NCBI GenBank assembly: GCA_963771155.1
Contig: CAVYSK010000007.1
Location: 85,128 to 149,127 of the forward strand
Origin: an uncultured Chloroflexia bacterium
Lineage (GTDB): Bacteria; Chloroflexota; Limnocylindria; QHBO01
DNA: 64,000 nucleotides
Direction of reading: 5' to 3'
Positions 54,698 through 64,000 of this stretch are shown piece by piece. A program made the position numbers and the translations under genes. The notes below the pieces were generated by a model. The model did no database searches, was not told where the DNA came from, and saw only the letters and a list, made by a program, of their open reading frames with translations. How positions within the stretch are numbered: the first letter of the stretch is position 1; the number at the start of each line of letters is the position of its first letter.

Positions 54698-55768
54698 ATG
54701 AATGCATTGAAGCGCAGCAGGACGCTTGTGGCGGGCTTCGCCGTCATCGCCGTCATCGCAGGCTGCACCAGCGGCGGCGACGGGTCGCCGGGCGCAAGCG
54801 GCGGTGGAGAAGGCAGCTACACCATCGGCGTGTCGAACACGCTGACAGGCAACGGCTGGCGCGAGGAGATGATCTGCTCCATCAACGCGCAGGCCCTGGT
54901 ATCGGGTGAGGTTTCCTCGCTCACTGTCAACCATCGGGACACGGATGCTGCCGGTCAGCTCGAGGACCTCCGCAACCTCATCGCCGAGGGTGTTGACGCA
55001 ATCGTCGTGAACCCCGCCGACCGGGAGGCCATCAACGACGCGCTGACCGAGGCGCAGGAGGCGGGCATCACCGTCGTGGCAGTCGACCAGGCCGTGACGG
55101 AGGAGAGCACCTACGTCGTGAGCAACGACCAGGAAGAGTACGCCTACCTGGGCGCGTCCTGGCTGTTCGACCAGCTGGGCGGCGAGGGTGACGTCGTGTA
55201 CATGCGCGGCATCGCCGGGGCGGCGGCGGACGACGACCGTGACGCGGGCTTCCAGCGCGCGCTGGACGAGAATCCCGGGATCACCGTCGTGTTCGAGGTC
55301 CACACCGACTGGGACCAGGCCAAGGGCAAGCAGCAGTTCGTCGACTTCCTGGCCACCGGCGACAACTTTGACGGCATCTGGACCTCGGGCATCGACAACG
55401 TGATCGTCGACGCCATGACCGAGGCCGATGTCGAGCTCGTCCCGATCGTCGGAGCCGACAACGCCGGCTTCGTGCAGCAGCTCCTGGAGGTCGAAGGCCT
55501 CGTCGGCGCGGCCGTCACGAACTCCGCCGCGGTCGGCGGCGCCGGCGTCACGCTGGCCCTGCAGGTCCTCAACGGCGAGGAGCCGGCCGAGCGGATCACG
55601 CTCACCGAGCCGCAGATCTGGTCGAACGACACCGAGGAGGGCATGGCGAGCCTCACGGAGGCCAACGATCCCGACCTCGATCCGCTCTGGCCGCTGCAGT
55701 ACACCCTCGAGGGGTGGACCGACTACACCAAGGAGGAGATCATCGCCTGCGACGGGCCTGGGGCCTGA
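54698..55768 (+). CDS. Sugar ABC transporter substrate-binding lipoprotein (type I periplasmic-binding fold)
   Basis: Signal peptide with lipobox (LVAGFAVIAVIAGC) and an RbsB-like body (..YTIGVSNTLTGNGW.., ..VDAIVVNPAD.., ..VVAVDQ..). GAGGAG lies upstream of the ATG. Confidence 0.85.
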   Translation: MNALKRSRTLVAGFAVIAVIAGCTSGGDGSPGASGGGEGSYTIGVSNTLTGNGWREEMICSINAQALVSGEVSSLTVNHRDTDAAGQLEDLRNLIAEGVDAIVVNPADREAINDALTEAQEAGITVVAVDQAVTEESTYVVSNDQEEYAYLGASWLFDQLGGEGDVVYMRGIAGAAADDDRDAGFQRALDENPGITVVFEVHTDWDQAKGKQQFVDFLATGDNFDGIWTSGIDNVIVDAMTEADVELVPIVGADNAGFVQQLLEVEGLVGAAVTNSAAVGGAGVTLALQVLNGEEPAERITLTEPQIWSNDTEEGMASLTEANDPDLDPLWPLQYTLEGWTDYTKEEIIACDGPGA

Positions 55769-55837
55769 CCTGAACGCGGGGGTGCCGGCCCGGTGCCGGC
55801 GCCTCCGCCCATCAATCCACAACCGGGACGGAGGGCG

Positions 55838-57338
55838 ATGACGGAGCTCCTGCTCGAGGCCACCGGCGTCCAGAAGCGCTACGGCGCGGTGACGGCGCTG
55901 CGTGACGCGTCGCTGGCTGTCCGACCCGGCGAGATTCACGCTCTCATGGGCGCCAACGGCGCCGGCAAGAGCACGCTCGTCAAGGTGCTCACCGGGGCCG
56001 TCCGGCCCGACGGGGGCACCATCGTGCTGCGGGGCCGCGAACGCGCCGTCCATTCTCCGGCAGAGGCGCGCCGCACCGGGATGGTGTCGGTGTACCAGGA
56101 ACCGGCGATCATCCCCGACCTGACGGTCGCCGAGAACCTCGTGCTGACCGAGACTCCCGTCGATCGCTTCCGCGAGCGCATCGCGGATCTCGGCATCGCG
56201 AAGCTCGACCTGCGCGTCCACGCCCGCGATCTGCCGCTGGCAACCCTGCGTGTCGTCGACCTGGCCCGGGCACTGGCGATCGAGCCGGACGTGCTGCTGC
56301 TCGACGAGATGACCGCGGCCCTGCCGGCTGACCTGACCGCCCGCGTGCTCGACGTCGTGGCCGAGCACCGGGGAACGAGCCGCTCGGTGATCTTCATCTC
56401 CCACCGCATGCTCGAGGTCGCTGGCCTGTGTGACCGCGCCACCGTCCTGCGCGAGGGCAGCACGGTCGGGGTCGTCGACATCGCCCCCGGATCGGGAGCC
56501 GAGGAGGAGATCGTCACGTTCATGCTCGGCCCGGCCGCGGCAGCCGCCGGCGCCGTGACCGCCACAGCGACCAGGTCCACCCGCACTGACGGTCGGGGAG
56601 CCCCGCCTCTCGGCGCGCCAGGTCGGCGCCGCGCGAAACCTGTACGACGTCTCGTTCGACCTTCGAGCGGGTGAGGTTCTCGGCATCGTGGCGCTCGAGG
56701 GCCAGGGCCAGGATGAGCTGTTCGACATCCTGTCCGGGCAGGCTCGGCCGGGCGCGGGCGAGCTCCTCGTCGATGGCGCGCCGGTCCAGCTACGACATCC
56801 GTCCGATGCGATCCGGGCCGGCATCGTGCTCGTGCCCGCGGATCGGTCGTCGGCGCTTCTCATGCAACGGTCGGTGCGCGAGAACATCGGCCTCCCCGCC
56901 ATCGCTCCGGCGCGGCGCTGGGGCGTGGTCAACCGGAAGGCCGAGCGGCGACGGGTCGCCGCGGCCATCGACCGACTCCAGATCGACACACGCGCACAAT
57001 CCGAGGCGCGCCGCCTCTCCGGCGGCAACCAGCAGAAGGTCACGATCGCCCGCTGGCTCGAGAGCGGCGTGCGCACGTTCCTCTTCTACGACCCGACCCG
57101 CGGAATCGACATCGGGACGAAGCGCGAGATCTACGAGCTCGTGCGCGAGCTGGCGGAAGCCGGCGCGGCGGTGCTGCTCCTCACCTCGGAGCTGGAGGAG
57201 ATCCAGCGCGTCTGTGATCGAGCGATCGTGATCTTCGGCGGACGGGTCGTCGACGAGCTGCCCGCTGCCCGCGCCGACGAACCGACGCTCCTGCGCGCCG
57301 CTCATGGCCTGCCGGTGGCTGCCGGAGACGCGGCGTGA
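55838..57338 (+). pseudogene. Sugar ABC transporter ATP-binding protein (two cassettes), one frame break
   Basis: Cassette 1 has GANGAGKST and LLLDEMTAAL. Cassette 2 (frame of ORF 56688..57338) has LSGGNQQKV and FLFYDPTRGID. The junction lies between 56560 and 56600. Confidence 0.8.
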
Positions 57339-58344
57339 CCGAGTCCACCGACGCCACGGTCGTCGCGGAGCCTCTCGCGGAGCGAATGAGCTGGCGCGAC
57401 CGGCTGGCCCGCGCCATGGGCGGGGATGCATGGACGATCGGGCTCGCGGTGGTCTTCATCGGGCTCTTCGTCTTCACCCTGGTCCTTCGACCGGCCTACG
57501 GGCTCGAGGCGCTCGCCAAGGCCTCCCTGCCGGTGGCCTTCGCCGCCGCCGGCCAGGCGATCGTCGTCATCTCCGGAGGCATCGACCTCTCGATCGGCTC
57601 GGTCATCGCGCTCATCAACGTCCTCTCCGCGCTCCTTCTGCTCGAATGCGCCGGAGCTCTCGGTGCCGATCGTCGTCTTCGTCCTGCATCGTCGGCATCC
57701 TGATCGGCCTCGTAAACGGCTCGCTGGTGGTGATCAGCCGCGTCCCCGACATCGTGGTCACGCTCTCGATGCTGTTCGTGTGGGCCGGCGCCGCCCTCCT
57801 GGTGCTTGCCACTCCGGGCGGCGACTCCGTCGAGTGGCTCGATGGCCTCATCGACGGCGGTTTCATCGTCGACCTCGTGCCGCGGGCGCTGGTCGTGCTG
57901 CTCGTCATCGTCGGCGTCGTCTGGATCCCCCTCCGGCGGTCCCGCCTGGGGCTCTCCCTGTATGCCATCGGCTCGAACCAGCTGGCTGCGTTCCGCAGTG
58001 GCGTGAACGTGGGGCGCACGAAGGTGATCTCGTACGCCTTCTCGGGCTTCTTCGCCGCCCTCGGCGGCCTCGCCCTCACGGCGAGCACCGGCGTCGGTCA
58101 ACCGATTCCCGGGCCGTACCTGCTCCTGAGCGTCGCGGCCATCGTCCTCGGCGGCGTCAGCCTGGCCGGAGGTCGCGGCGGCCTCCTCGGCCCGATCATC
58201 GGCATCTTCATCCTCGGCCTGATCCGGGCCGATCTGCTCTTCCTCGGAGTCGAGCCCGCGTTCTCGACGGTCATCCAGGGAGTGATCATGGTTGTGGTCG
58301 TCATGCTCGGCGCGTACGTGACGCTGCGACGGGGCGTGGCATGA
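57335..58344 (+). pseudogene. Sugar ABC transporter permease (RbsC/AraH-like), two frame breaks
   Basis: GTGA overlap with the ATPase. ..SGGIDLSIGSVIALINVLSALLLL in frame 1, NAPELSVPIVVFVL in frame 3, and IVGILIGLVNGSLVVISRVPDIVVTL.. in frame 2. Junctions near 57643 and 57686, each an extra base. Confidence 0.8.
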
Positions 58345-59330
58345 CCGCCGGCGTCGCAACCGCACGCAACCGGTCGATGATGGCGACGGCACGTGCATGG
58401 ATGCGCGATCGGCCGCTGGTCGCGCTGTTCCTGCTGCTGGCCGTGCTCGTGCTCGCGCTCCAGATCGTGCAGCCGGGCATCGTGACCGCGTCGTGGGTGT
58501 CGGGCACGATGCGCTTCGCGATCCCGCTGGCGATCATCGCCGCCTGCCAGACCCTGACCATGCTCACCGGCGGGATCGACCTCTCGGTCGCCGTGGTCGC
58601 CTCGATGACGGCGTACGTGATGGCGACCCTGGTCTCGGACATGGGCTGGCTCCCGGCGTCGCTGCTTGCCCTGATTCCCGCCGCGGTGGTGGGCGTCGTG
58701 AACGGCATCGGCGTCGGCATCTTCCGTGTCCACCCGCTGATCATGACGATCAGCATGAGCCTGGTCGTCTCGGGAGCGGTGAACGTCTATGCCCGTGCGA
58801 ACATCGCCGGCGGTACGCGCGTCCCGCCCGAGATCACCTGGCTCGGCGGCCAGTCCCTGTTCGGATTCCTGCCGAACAGCCTGCTGCTGTTCGTTCCGCT
58901 GGCGGCGCTCATCCTGTTCGGCCTTCGCCGCTTCGGCTACGGGCGTCTCCTCTATGCGGTGGGTGACAACGAGACCGCGTCCCGGCTGGCCGGCGTCAGG
59001 ATCGGCGGGGTGCTCGTCGTCCTGTACCTGATCTCGGGGCTGCTCGCCGGCGTCGCTGGACTGCTCTACGCGGGCGTGACCAGCAGCGCCACCGGCCGCC
59101 TGGTGGACGCCTTCCTGCTGCCGTCGGTCGCCGCCGTGGTCATCGGAGGCACGTCGATCTTCGGCGGCCGGGGCGGGTACGCCGGGACGATCGTCGGTGC
59201 GCTGATCCTCACCGTGCTGACCACCCTGTTGACCGTCCTCGGGATGCCCGAGGCGGTCCGCCAGATCCTGTTCGGAGCAATCATCCTGGCGGTGGCTGCG
59301 GCGTACACGCGGATCACCGAGGAAACGTGA
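58341..59330 (+). CDS. Sugar ABC transporter permease (RbsC/AraH-like)
   Basis: ATGA overlap with the previous permease. ..LTGGIDLSVAVVASM... Intact, 329 aa. Confidence 0.85.
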   Translation: MTAGVATARNRSMMATARAWMRDRPLVALFLLLAVLVLALQIVQPGIVTASWVSGTMRFAIPLAIIAACQTLTMLTGGIDLSVAVVASMTAYVMATLVSDMGWLPASLLALIPAAVVGVVNGIGVGIFRVHPLIMTISMSLVVSGAVNVYARANIAGGTRVPPEITWLGGQSLFGFLPNSLLLFVPLAALILFGLRRFGYGRLLYAVGDNETASRLAGVRIGGVLVVLYLISGLLAGVAGLLYAGVTSSATGRLVDAFLLPSVAAVVIGGTSIFGGRGGYAGTIVGALILTVLTTLLTVLGMPEAVRQILFGAIILAVAAAYTRITEET

Positions 59331-60271
59331 CCGTGGTGGCGACGGCGAACCGATCCTCCCACCTGGGCCTCGACCTCGGCGCCACGAACGTGAAGTGGGC
59401 GGTCGTCGAGCGACTCGACGATGAATGGGCGGTGGCCGACCGAGGTCAGGTCGTGACCAACGCCGCCTTCGGTGCCGCCACGGTGCTCGAGCGGATGGCC
59501 GATCTCGGCAACCGGGCGATCACCGACCGGCCCGGTATCGCGACGGTCGGCATCGGCCTGCCGGGGCTCTTCGACTCGGACACGGGGATCGCCACGTTCC
59601 TGCCGAACCTGCCTCCCGACTGGGAGGGGCGCGACGTGGTCGGGCCAATCCGGTCGCGGCTCGGACTCCCGGTCACCCTGATCAACGACGCGCGGGCGTT
59701 CGGGCTCGCCGAGCTGCGGCTGGGCGCCGCGCGTGGCTGCAGCACGATGGTCGGGCTGGCCCTGGGAACGGGCGTGGGCGGCGTTATCGCGGTCGGCGGC
59801 GAGATCCACTTCGGGCACGCCGGGACCGGCGGCGAGGTCGGGCATCAGACCCTGGTTCCGGACGGGCCGGCATGCACCTGCGGCAACCGGGGCTGCCTGG
59901 AGGCGTTCGCCCGGGCCGATGTGGTCGCGGCCGCCTGCGGCACCGCAACTGCCGAGGAGGGCGTGGCCGCCGCGCTGGCGGGCGACGCCGTCGCGCTGGC
60001 GGGGATCGGCGAGGTCGGTCACTGGCTGGGGATCGGCATTGCCAACCTGATCGTCGTGCTGACGCCGGACTGCGTTGTCATCGGCGGGGGCGTGGCCGGC
60101 GCCGGCGACCTCCTACTCGACCCGATCCGCGCGGAGGTCCGCTCGCGGGTGCGGGTCACCGACCTGGATGCCATCGAGATCGTGGCGGCTGAGCTCGGGA
60201 CGTGGGCCGGGGCCATCGGTGCCGCCGTCCACGGCGCGACCGCGTCGGTCGCCGCGAGCGTGACGACGTGA
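59327..60271 (+). CDS. ROK family sugar kinase
   Basis: GTGA overlap. GLDLGATNVKWAVV. ROK zinc motif CTCGNRGCLEAF. No N-terminal HTH. Intact. Confidence 0.85.
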   Translation: MTVVATANRSSHLGLDLGATNVKWAVVERLDDEWAVADRGQVVTNAAFGAATVLERMADLGNRAITDRPGIATVGIGLPGLFDSDTGIATFLPNLPPDWEGRDVVGPIRSRLGLPVTLINDARAFGLAELRLGAARGCSTMVGLALGTGVGGVIAVGGEIHFGHAGTGGEVGHQTLVPDGPACTCGNRGCLEAFARADVVAAACGTATAEEGVAAALAGDAVALAGIGEVGHWLGIGIANLIVVLTPDCVVIGGGVAGAGDLLLDPIRAEVRSRVRVTDLDAIEIVAAELGTWAGAIGAAVHGATASVAASVTT

Positions 60272-61020
60272 CGGCCACGTACCTGCCACGCTACCGGACC
60301 ATCGAGCAGGCCCTGCGGGAGCGGATCGCCGGGTTGCGTCCGGGAGACGGCCTGCCATCCGACAGCGAGCTGTGCGCGGAGTTCGGGGTCAGCCGGATGA
60401 CGGCGCGCAACGCGATGCATCGCCTGACGGAGGACGGGCTGGTCCTGCGGCTGCCCGGCCGCGGCAGCTACGTGGCCGAGCCACCGGCGCACCGGCGCGC
60501 GGATCGGCTCGTGAGCTTCAGCTCGGAGATGGGGCGCCGTGGGCGCGTGCCGAGCTCGATCATCGTGGCTCGCGAGATCCGCCCGGCGTGGCGGACCGCA
60601 GCCGCCGACCTGAAGGTGCGCGAGGGGGAGCCGATCGTGTTCCTGCGGCGCGTTCGCTGCGCCGACGGAGAGCCGATCGCTCTGGAGACGACCCTGCTGA
60701 TCGGCGCGGTCGCCGCCGACGTCATGGCCGCGGACCTGCGCCACGACTCCCTGCACGCGATGCTCGCCGCCGCGGGCTGGAGCCTCCGCCGCGGGACGGC
60801 CACGGTTACCGCCGCCTCGGCCTCGAAGGAGGACGCCCGCCTGCTCGGCGTCGCGCGGGGTGACCCGGTGCTCGTGGAGCGCCGGGTGATCGTCGACGGC
60901 CAGGGCCGGCCGCTCGAGGCGACCGAGACCCGCTACGCCTCGGAGCGCTATGCCATCGACGTGCGGTTCGACGTCGAGGAGGTATCGCCTACGCCTGTGA
61001 GCTCGCCGCAGGCTCGCTGA
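60268..61020 (+). CDS. GntR family transcriptional regulator, HutC subfamily (UTRA effector domain)
   Basis: GTGA overlap. wHTH LPSDSELCAEFGVSRMTARNAMHRLTEDGLV. C-terminal UTRA-like half. Confidence 0.85.
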   Translation: MTATYLPRYRTIEQALRERIAGLRPGDGLPSDSELCAEFGVSRMTARNAMHRLTEDGLVLRLPGRGSYVAEPPAHRRADRLVSFSSEMGRRGRVPSSIIVAREIRPAWRTAAADLKVREGEPIVFLRRVRCADGEPIALETTLLIGAVAADVMAADLRHDSLHAMLAAAGWSLRRGTATVTAASASKEDARLLGVARGDPVLVERRVIVDGQGRPLEATETRYASERYAIDVRFDVEEVSPTPVSSPQAR

Positions 61021-61789
61021 CGCTCCATCCCGCATCGACGGTGATCACCTGGCCGGTGACCATGCGTGACTCGCGGCTCAGCAGGTGGAGGGCGACCGGC
61101 GTGACCGCGTCGGCGTCCATCGGCCCAAGCGCCAGGGGCTGCTTCTCGCGCAGGTAGGCGAGGATCGCCGGGTCGGACTGGGCGCGCTCGCTCATCGGCG
61201 TGGCGACCAGGGCGGGGGCGATGGCGTTTGCGCGGATCCCGTGCCTGGCGTATGCCGATGCCACCGATCGGGTGAGTGCCTCGATGGCCCCCTTGCTCGC
61301 CGCGTACGCGTGCGTGTCGAAGTGCTCGGGCGACGGATGGCGTGCCAGCGCGCTGGACATGAAGAGCAGGACGCCGCGGCAGCCGTCGGAGTCCGGCTCC
61401 TGCTCCAGCATCTGGCGCACCACCGCCCGAGCGACCAGGAACGGCCCGGTCAGATTCGTCGCCAGCACCGTCTCCCAGCCCTCCAGAGTGGCCTCGTGGA
61501 GCGGCCCATCGCCCAACCGGCGCCCGCTGATGCCCGCCACGGCGTACAGCCCGTCGATGCGCCCATGCCGGGCCACGCATGCTCCCACGACCGCGTCCGC
61601 GTCCGCCTCCCGCGATAGGTCGCCGGCCATCCAGCCGCCGCCAAGCTCCTCGCCCAGCGCGGCGGCGTGCTCGGGCGTGCGGGATGTGACGAAGACGCGG
61701 GCACCCTCCGCCACCAGCGCCCGGGCGGCCGATGCGGCCATGCCGGTCGAGCCCGTCAGCAGCATCACCCGCCCATCGAAGCGGCTCAC
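60989..61789 (-). CDS. SDR family oxidoreductase
   Basis: LTGSTGMAASAARAL (TGxxxGxG-type) and catalytic YAASK. The 3' end overlaps the convergent GntR gene by 32 nt. Confidence 0.85.
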   Translation of the reverse strand: MSRFDGRVMLLTGSTGMAASAARALVAEGARVFVTSRTPEHAAALGEELGGGWMAGDLSREADADAVVGACVARHGRIDGLYAVAGISGRRLGDGPLHEATLEGWETVLATNLTGPFLVARAVVRQMLEQEPDSDGCRGVLLFMSSALARHPSPEHFDTHAYAASKGAIEALTRSVASAYARHGIRANAIAPALVATPMSERAQSDPAILAYLREKQPLALGPMDADAVTPVALHLLSRESRMVTGQVITVDAGWSVSEPAASSQA

Positions 61790-62427
61790 CGGACAACCCC
61801 GTTGACGGCTTCAACGATCGCACGGCGCCTGGCCGTGTCCGTTCTGGTGATCGCGCTGCCGATCCCGACGGCCGCCGCGCCCGCGTCCAGGAACGCGGCC
61901 GCGCTCGAGACGTCCACGCCGCCGGTCGGGATGAGCTGGACTTCGGGAACCGGGCCACGCAGCTCTCGCACGAAGCCCGGGCCCACGACGGATGCCGGGA
62001 AGAGCTTGACGAAGGTGGCGCCAGCCGCCCAGGCGGTGGCGATCTCGGTCGGGGTCATCGCGCCGGGCACGAACGGCAGGCCGGCGCCCAGGGCTGCCTC
62101 GAGCAGAGACTGGTCCATCACCGGGGCGACGCCGAAGTCCGCACCTGCCGCCCGCGCGGCGACGAGGGCGTCGTGGGTGAGGACTGTCCCGGCGCCGATC
62201 AGCACGCCTCGACCGGCCAGGCGCTCGGACACTGCCGCCAGGTCATCGGCCGCGTCGGGCGTGTCCATGGTGATCTCGACCACCCGAATCCCGGCGTCGA
62301 CGAGCTCGTCGACCAGGGCGAGCAGTCGATCCCGCGGCTCGACGCGCCGGAGCACGGCAATCAGGCGATGGGCGCGGATCGCATCGGCGACCGCTCCGGC
62401 GCGCAAACCGACCGCCGCCGAGCTCAC
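61786..62427 (-). CDS. eda: KDPG/KHG aldolase (2-dehydro-3-deoxy-phosphogluconate / 4-hydroxy-2-oxoglutarate aldolase)
   Basis: ..VVEITMDTP.., GAGTVL, ..FVKLFPA.., IPTGGV. GTG 62427 overlaps the upstream stop (GTGA). The upstream part of track ORF 61786..62763 is rejected. Confidence 0.85.
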   Translation of the reverse strand: MSSAAVGLRAGAVADAIRAHRLIAVLRRVEPRDRLLALVDELVDAGIRVVEITMDTPDAADDLAAVSERLAGRGVLIGAGTVLTHDALVAARAAGADFGVAPVMDQSLLEAALGAGLPFVPGAMTPTEIATAWAAGATFVKLFPASVVGPGFVRELRGPVPEVQLIPTGGVDVSSAAAFLDAGAAAVGIGSAITRTDTARRRAIVEAVNGVVR

Positions 62428-63719
62428 GCCGGCACCTCGACCGGCATCGGCTCGAGCAGGGCGCCCTCGGCGTGCAGGCGATTCCGTAGCGAGACCGTGC
62501 TGACCGCTCGGGGCACGGTTCCATGGCGCGTCGCCAGTACCGCGGCGGTCCCGGCTGCCTGGCCGAGGGCCATGCACGTCGCCATGGACCGTGCCGAGGC
62601 GTGGGCGTCGTGGGTCGACGAGAAGCAACGACCCGCGACCAGCAGTCCGTCGATCCCCGCGGGCAGCAGGCAGCGGTATGGGATTCCGTACACGCCCGCC
62701 TCGCCCACGTACTGCCACGCCGTGTCGCCGCCGCCGTGATGGTCCTCGATCGGCGCCCCGCACAGCGTTATCTCGTCGTCGAAGCGCCTGCCCTCCAGGA
62801 CGTCCTCGCGGGTCAGGATGTAGTCGCCGTGCACCCGACGCGACTCACGGATGCCGATGGCCGGCGATGTCGCCACCACCACGGAGTCCTCGAACCCGGG
62901 GACTCGGTCGCGGAGGAAGCGGGCGTACTCTCTCACCTGGCGACGGCCGGCCACCTCGGCCCGGGTCAGCTGCTCCGGATCGGTGGCGTCGACGTTCGGG
63001 ACGCGCGTCATGTGGATCAGCACGATTCCGGGGAACGGCGTGCGGTGCCACGAGCCCTCGACCCGCGGCAGGTCGTAGTCGCCGGATGCGGCTGCCTCGC
63101 GCATTCGCTCCCAGAGCTCCGCTCTCTTCACCGACGTGGCCCGCGCCACGTCGACGTTGGCGAGCTTGAACAGCGTGGACAGCGACTGGACCCTGCCCTG
63201 TTGCGCCGCGTTGTCGTGCGGAACACCGGCCATCGCAGAGATGTCGGCATCGCCGGAGGTGTCGATGACCGCATCGGCTTCGACCCAGCGCTCTCCACCC
63301 TTGTTCCACAGCCGCACCGCGCCGATGCGTCCCTCCTGCACCCGCACCCCGGTGGCCCACGTGTGAAGGAGCAGGTCGACCCCGGCGTCGGCGGCCAGCT
63401 CCTCCCACAGCACCTTGAGCGCTTCCTGGTCGTAGGTGACGCCAGTCCCAGCGCCGTACGTGTTCGGCCGCTCGAACGCGACGCCGGCGGCCGTCAGGCG
63501 CTCGACGACCTCCCAGCCGATCCCGCCGACCACGCGCCGGGTCCCCTCGCCGGGCGTGTAGAAGGCATAGAACGTGTCGAGGACCGCCGTCGACGTGCCG
63601 CCCATGAACCCCAGCCGATCCACCAGCAGCGTGCGGGCACCCAGGCGCGCTGCGCTGATTGCCGCCGACGATCCCGCCGACCCCGAGCCGACGACCAGGA
63701 CGTCGTACCGGTCGGTCAC
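62424..63719 (-). CDS. FAD-dependent oxidoreductase
   Basis: N-terminal dinucleotide fold DVLVVGSGSAGSSAAISAARLG. 431 aa, intact. Confidence 0.8.
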   Translation of the reverse strand: MTDRYDVLVVGSGSAGSSAAISAARLGARTLLVDRLGFMGGTSTAVLDTFYAFYTPGEGTRRVVGGIGWEVVERLTAAGVAFERPNTYGAGTGVTYDQEALKVLWEELAADAGVDLLLHTWATGVRVQEGRIGAVRLWNKGGERWVEADAVIDTSGDADISAMAGVPHDNAAQQGRVQSLSTLFKLANVDVARATSVKRAELWERMREAAASGDYDLPRVEGSWHRTPFPGIVLIHMTRVPNVDATDPEQLTRAEVAGRRQVREYARFLRDRVPGFEDSVVVATSPAIGIRESRRVHGDYILTREDVLEGRRFDDEITLCGAPIEDHHGGGDTAWQYVGEAGVYGIPYRCLLPAGIDGLLVAGRCFSSTHDAHASARSMATCMALGQAAGTAAVLATRHGTVPRAVSTVSLRNRLHAEGALLEPMPVEVPA

Positions 63720-64000
63720 GCCGGTGTCTCCAGTGCGAAGGCGCGGGCCGGGTTGGCGCGGAGGATCGCGTCGGTCGCCGCATCACCGATCCGGCGCCGG
63801 ACACGCGGGACGAAGCGCTCCATGAGGTAGCGCAGCCCCGGTCCGCCGCCGTATGCCCGAAGCATCGAGCGACGGCCGATGTCCTGCCCGAACAGGAGCC
63901 GCTCCCCATGGCCGGCCCCCACCATGCGCTCGACGAGGTCGAGCAGGTCGCTGTCCGGTCGGTACTTCGTGCGGCCCAATGTGTCGTACTCGAGGTAGAC
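63716..64000 (-). CDS. Phosphotriesterase-family (PTE/lactonase-like) hydrolase, C-terminal fragment (gene continues past the window edge)
   Basis: ..VYLEYDTLGRTKY..LLFGQD..GGGPGLRYLMERFVPRV..ILRANPARAF... The frame is open to position 64000, so the TTG start in the track is not the true start. Confidence 0.6.
   Translation of the reverse strand, partial: VYLEYDTLGRTKYRPDSDLLDLVERMVGAGHGERLLFGQDIGRRSMLRAYGGGPGLRYLMERFVPRVRRRIGDAATDAILRANPARAFALETPA

Overview
High-GC (about 70% by eye) chromosomal segment that looks Actinomycetota-like: a Kgd/OdhA-type fused 2-oxoglutarate dehydrogenase, two PPOX/F420-class enzymes, many GTG starts, chains of 4-nt stop/start overlaps, and TANNNT boxes a few nt upstream of start codons. 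Everything was read by eye from the sequence and the ORF track, with no searches run. Family names are motif-based recognitions, and frame-junction coordinates are approximate. I call about 63 protein genes and one tRNA-Gln(CUG). No rRNA, CRISPR array, transposase or integrase was seen. The layout is as follows. (1) 1-18.7 kb is housekeeping and transport: gltX, ADH, mutY, ABC-F, thrB, mgtE, plus a zinc-ribbon/cyclase/NTPase/TPR regulator. (2) 18.7-27.5 kb is a signalling island with two strongly SD-led small ORFs ahead of mgtE, a cyclase-homology-domain/REC/LuxR fusion regulator, a roughly 1890-aa kinase with 8 GAF + 2 PAS + HisKA_3, and a stand-alone REC. (3) 27.5-40.7 kb holds thrC, kgd, a zinc-ribbon methyltransferase, pxpABC and threonine dehydratase. 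(4) 40.7-48.2 kb holds tag, the tRNA, hydrolases and others. (5) 48.2-64 kb is a sugar catabolic/transport locus. The observations most worth a second look are these. A 16-17 nt motif (GGCSGRATGACGTAKS) recurs in front of thrB, the small-ORF/mgtE unit, the GAF kinase and the REC gene. The cyclase-RR / multi-GAF kinase / REC trio may form a cyclic-nucleotide-coupled two-component module. A degenerate copy of the tRNA-Gln 3' end lies 480 bp downstream of the tRNA, resembling an att-site scar. Single-base frame breaks are strikingly non-uniform: none were detectable across 1.9-40.7 kb, but at least 22 occur in 48.3-53.1 kb. Most of these resolve by removing one base, which points to assembly error rather than gene decay, though decay cannot be excluded from sequence alone.
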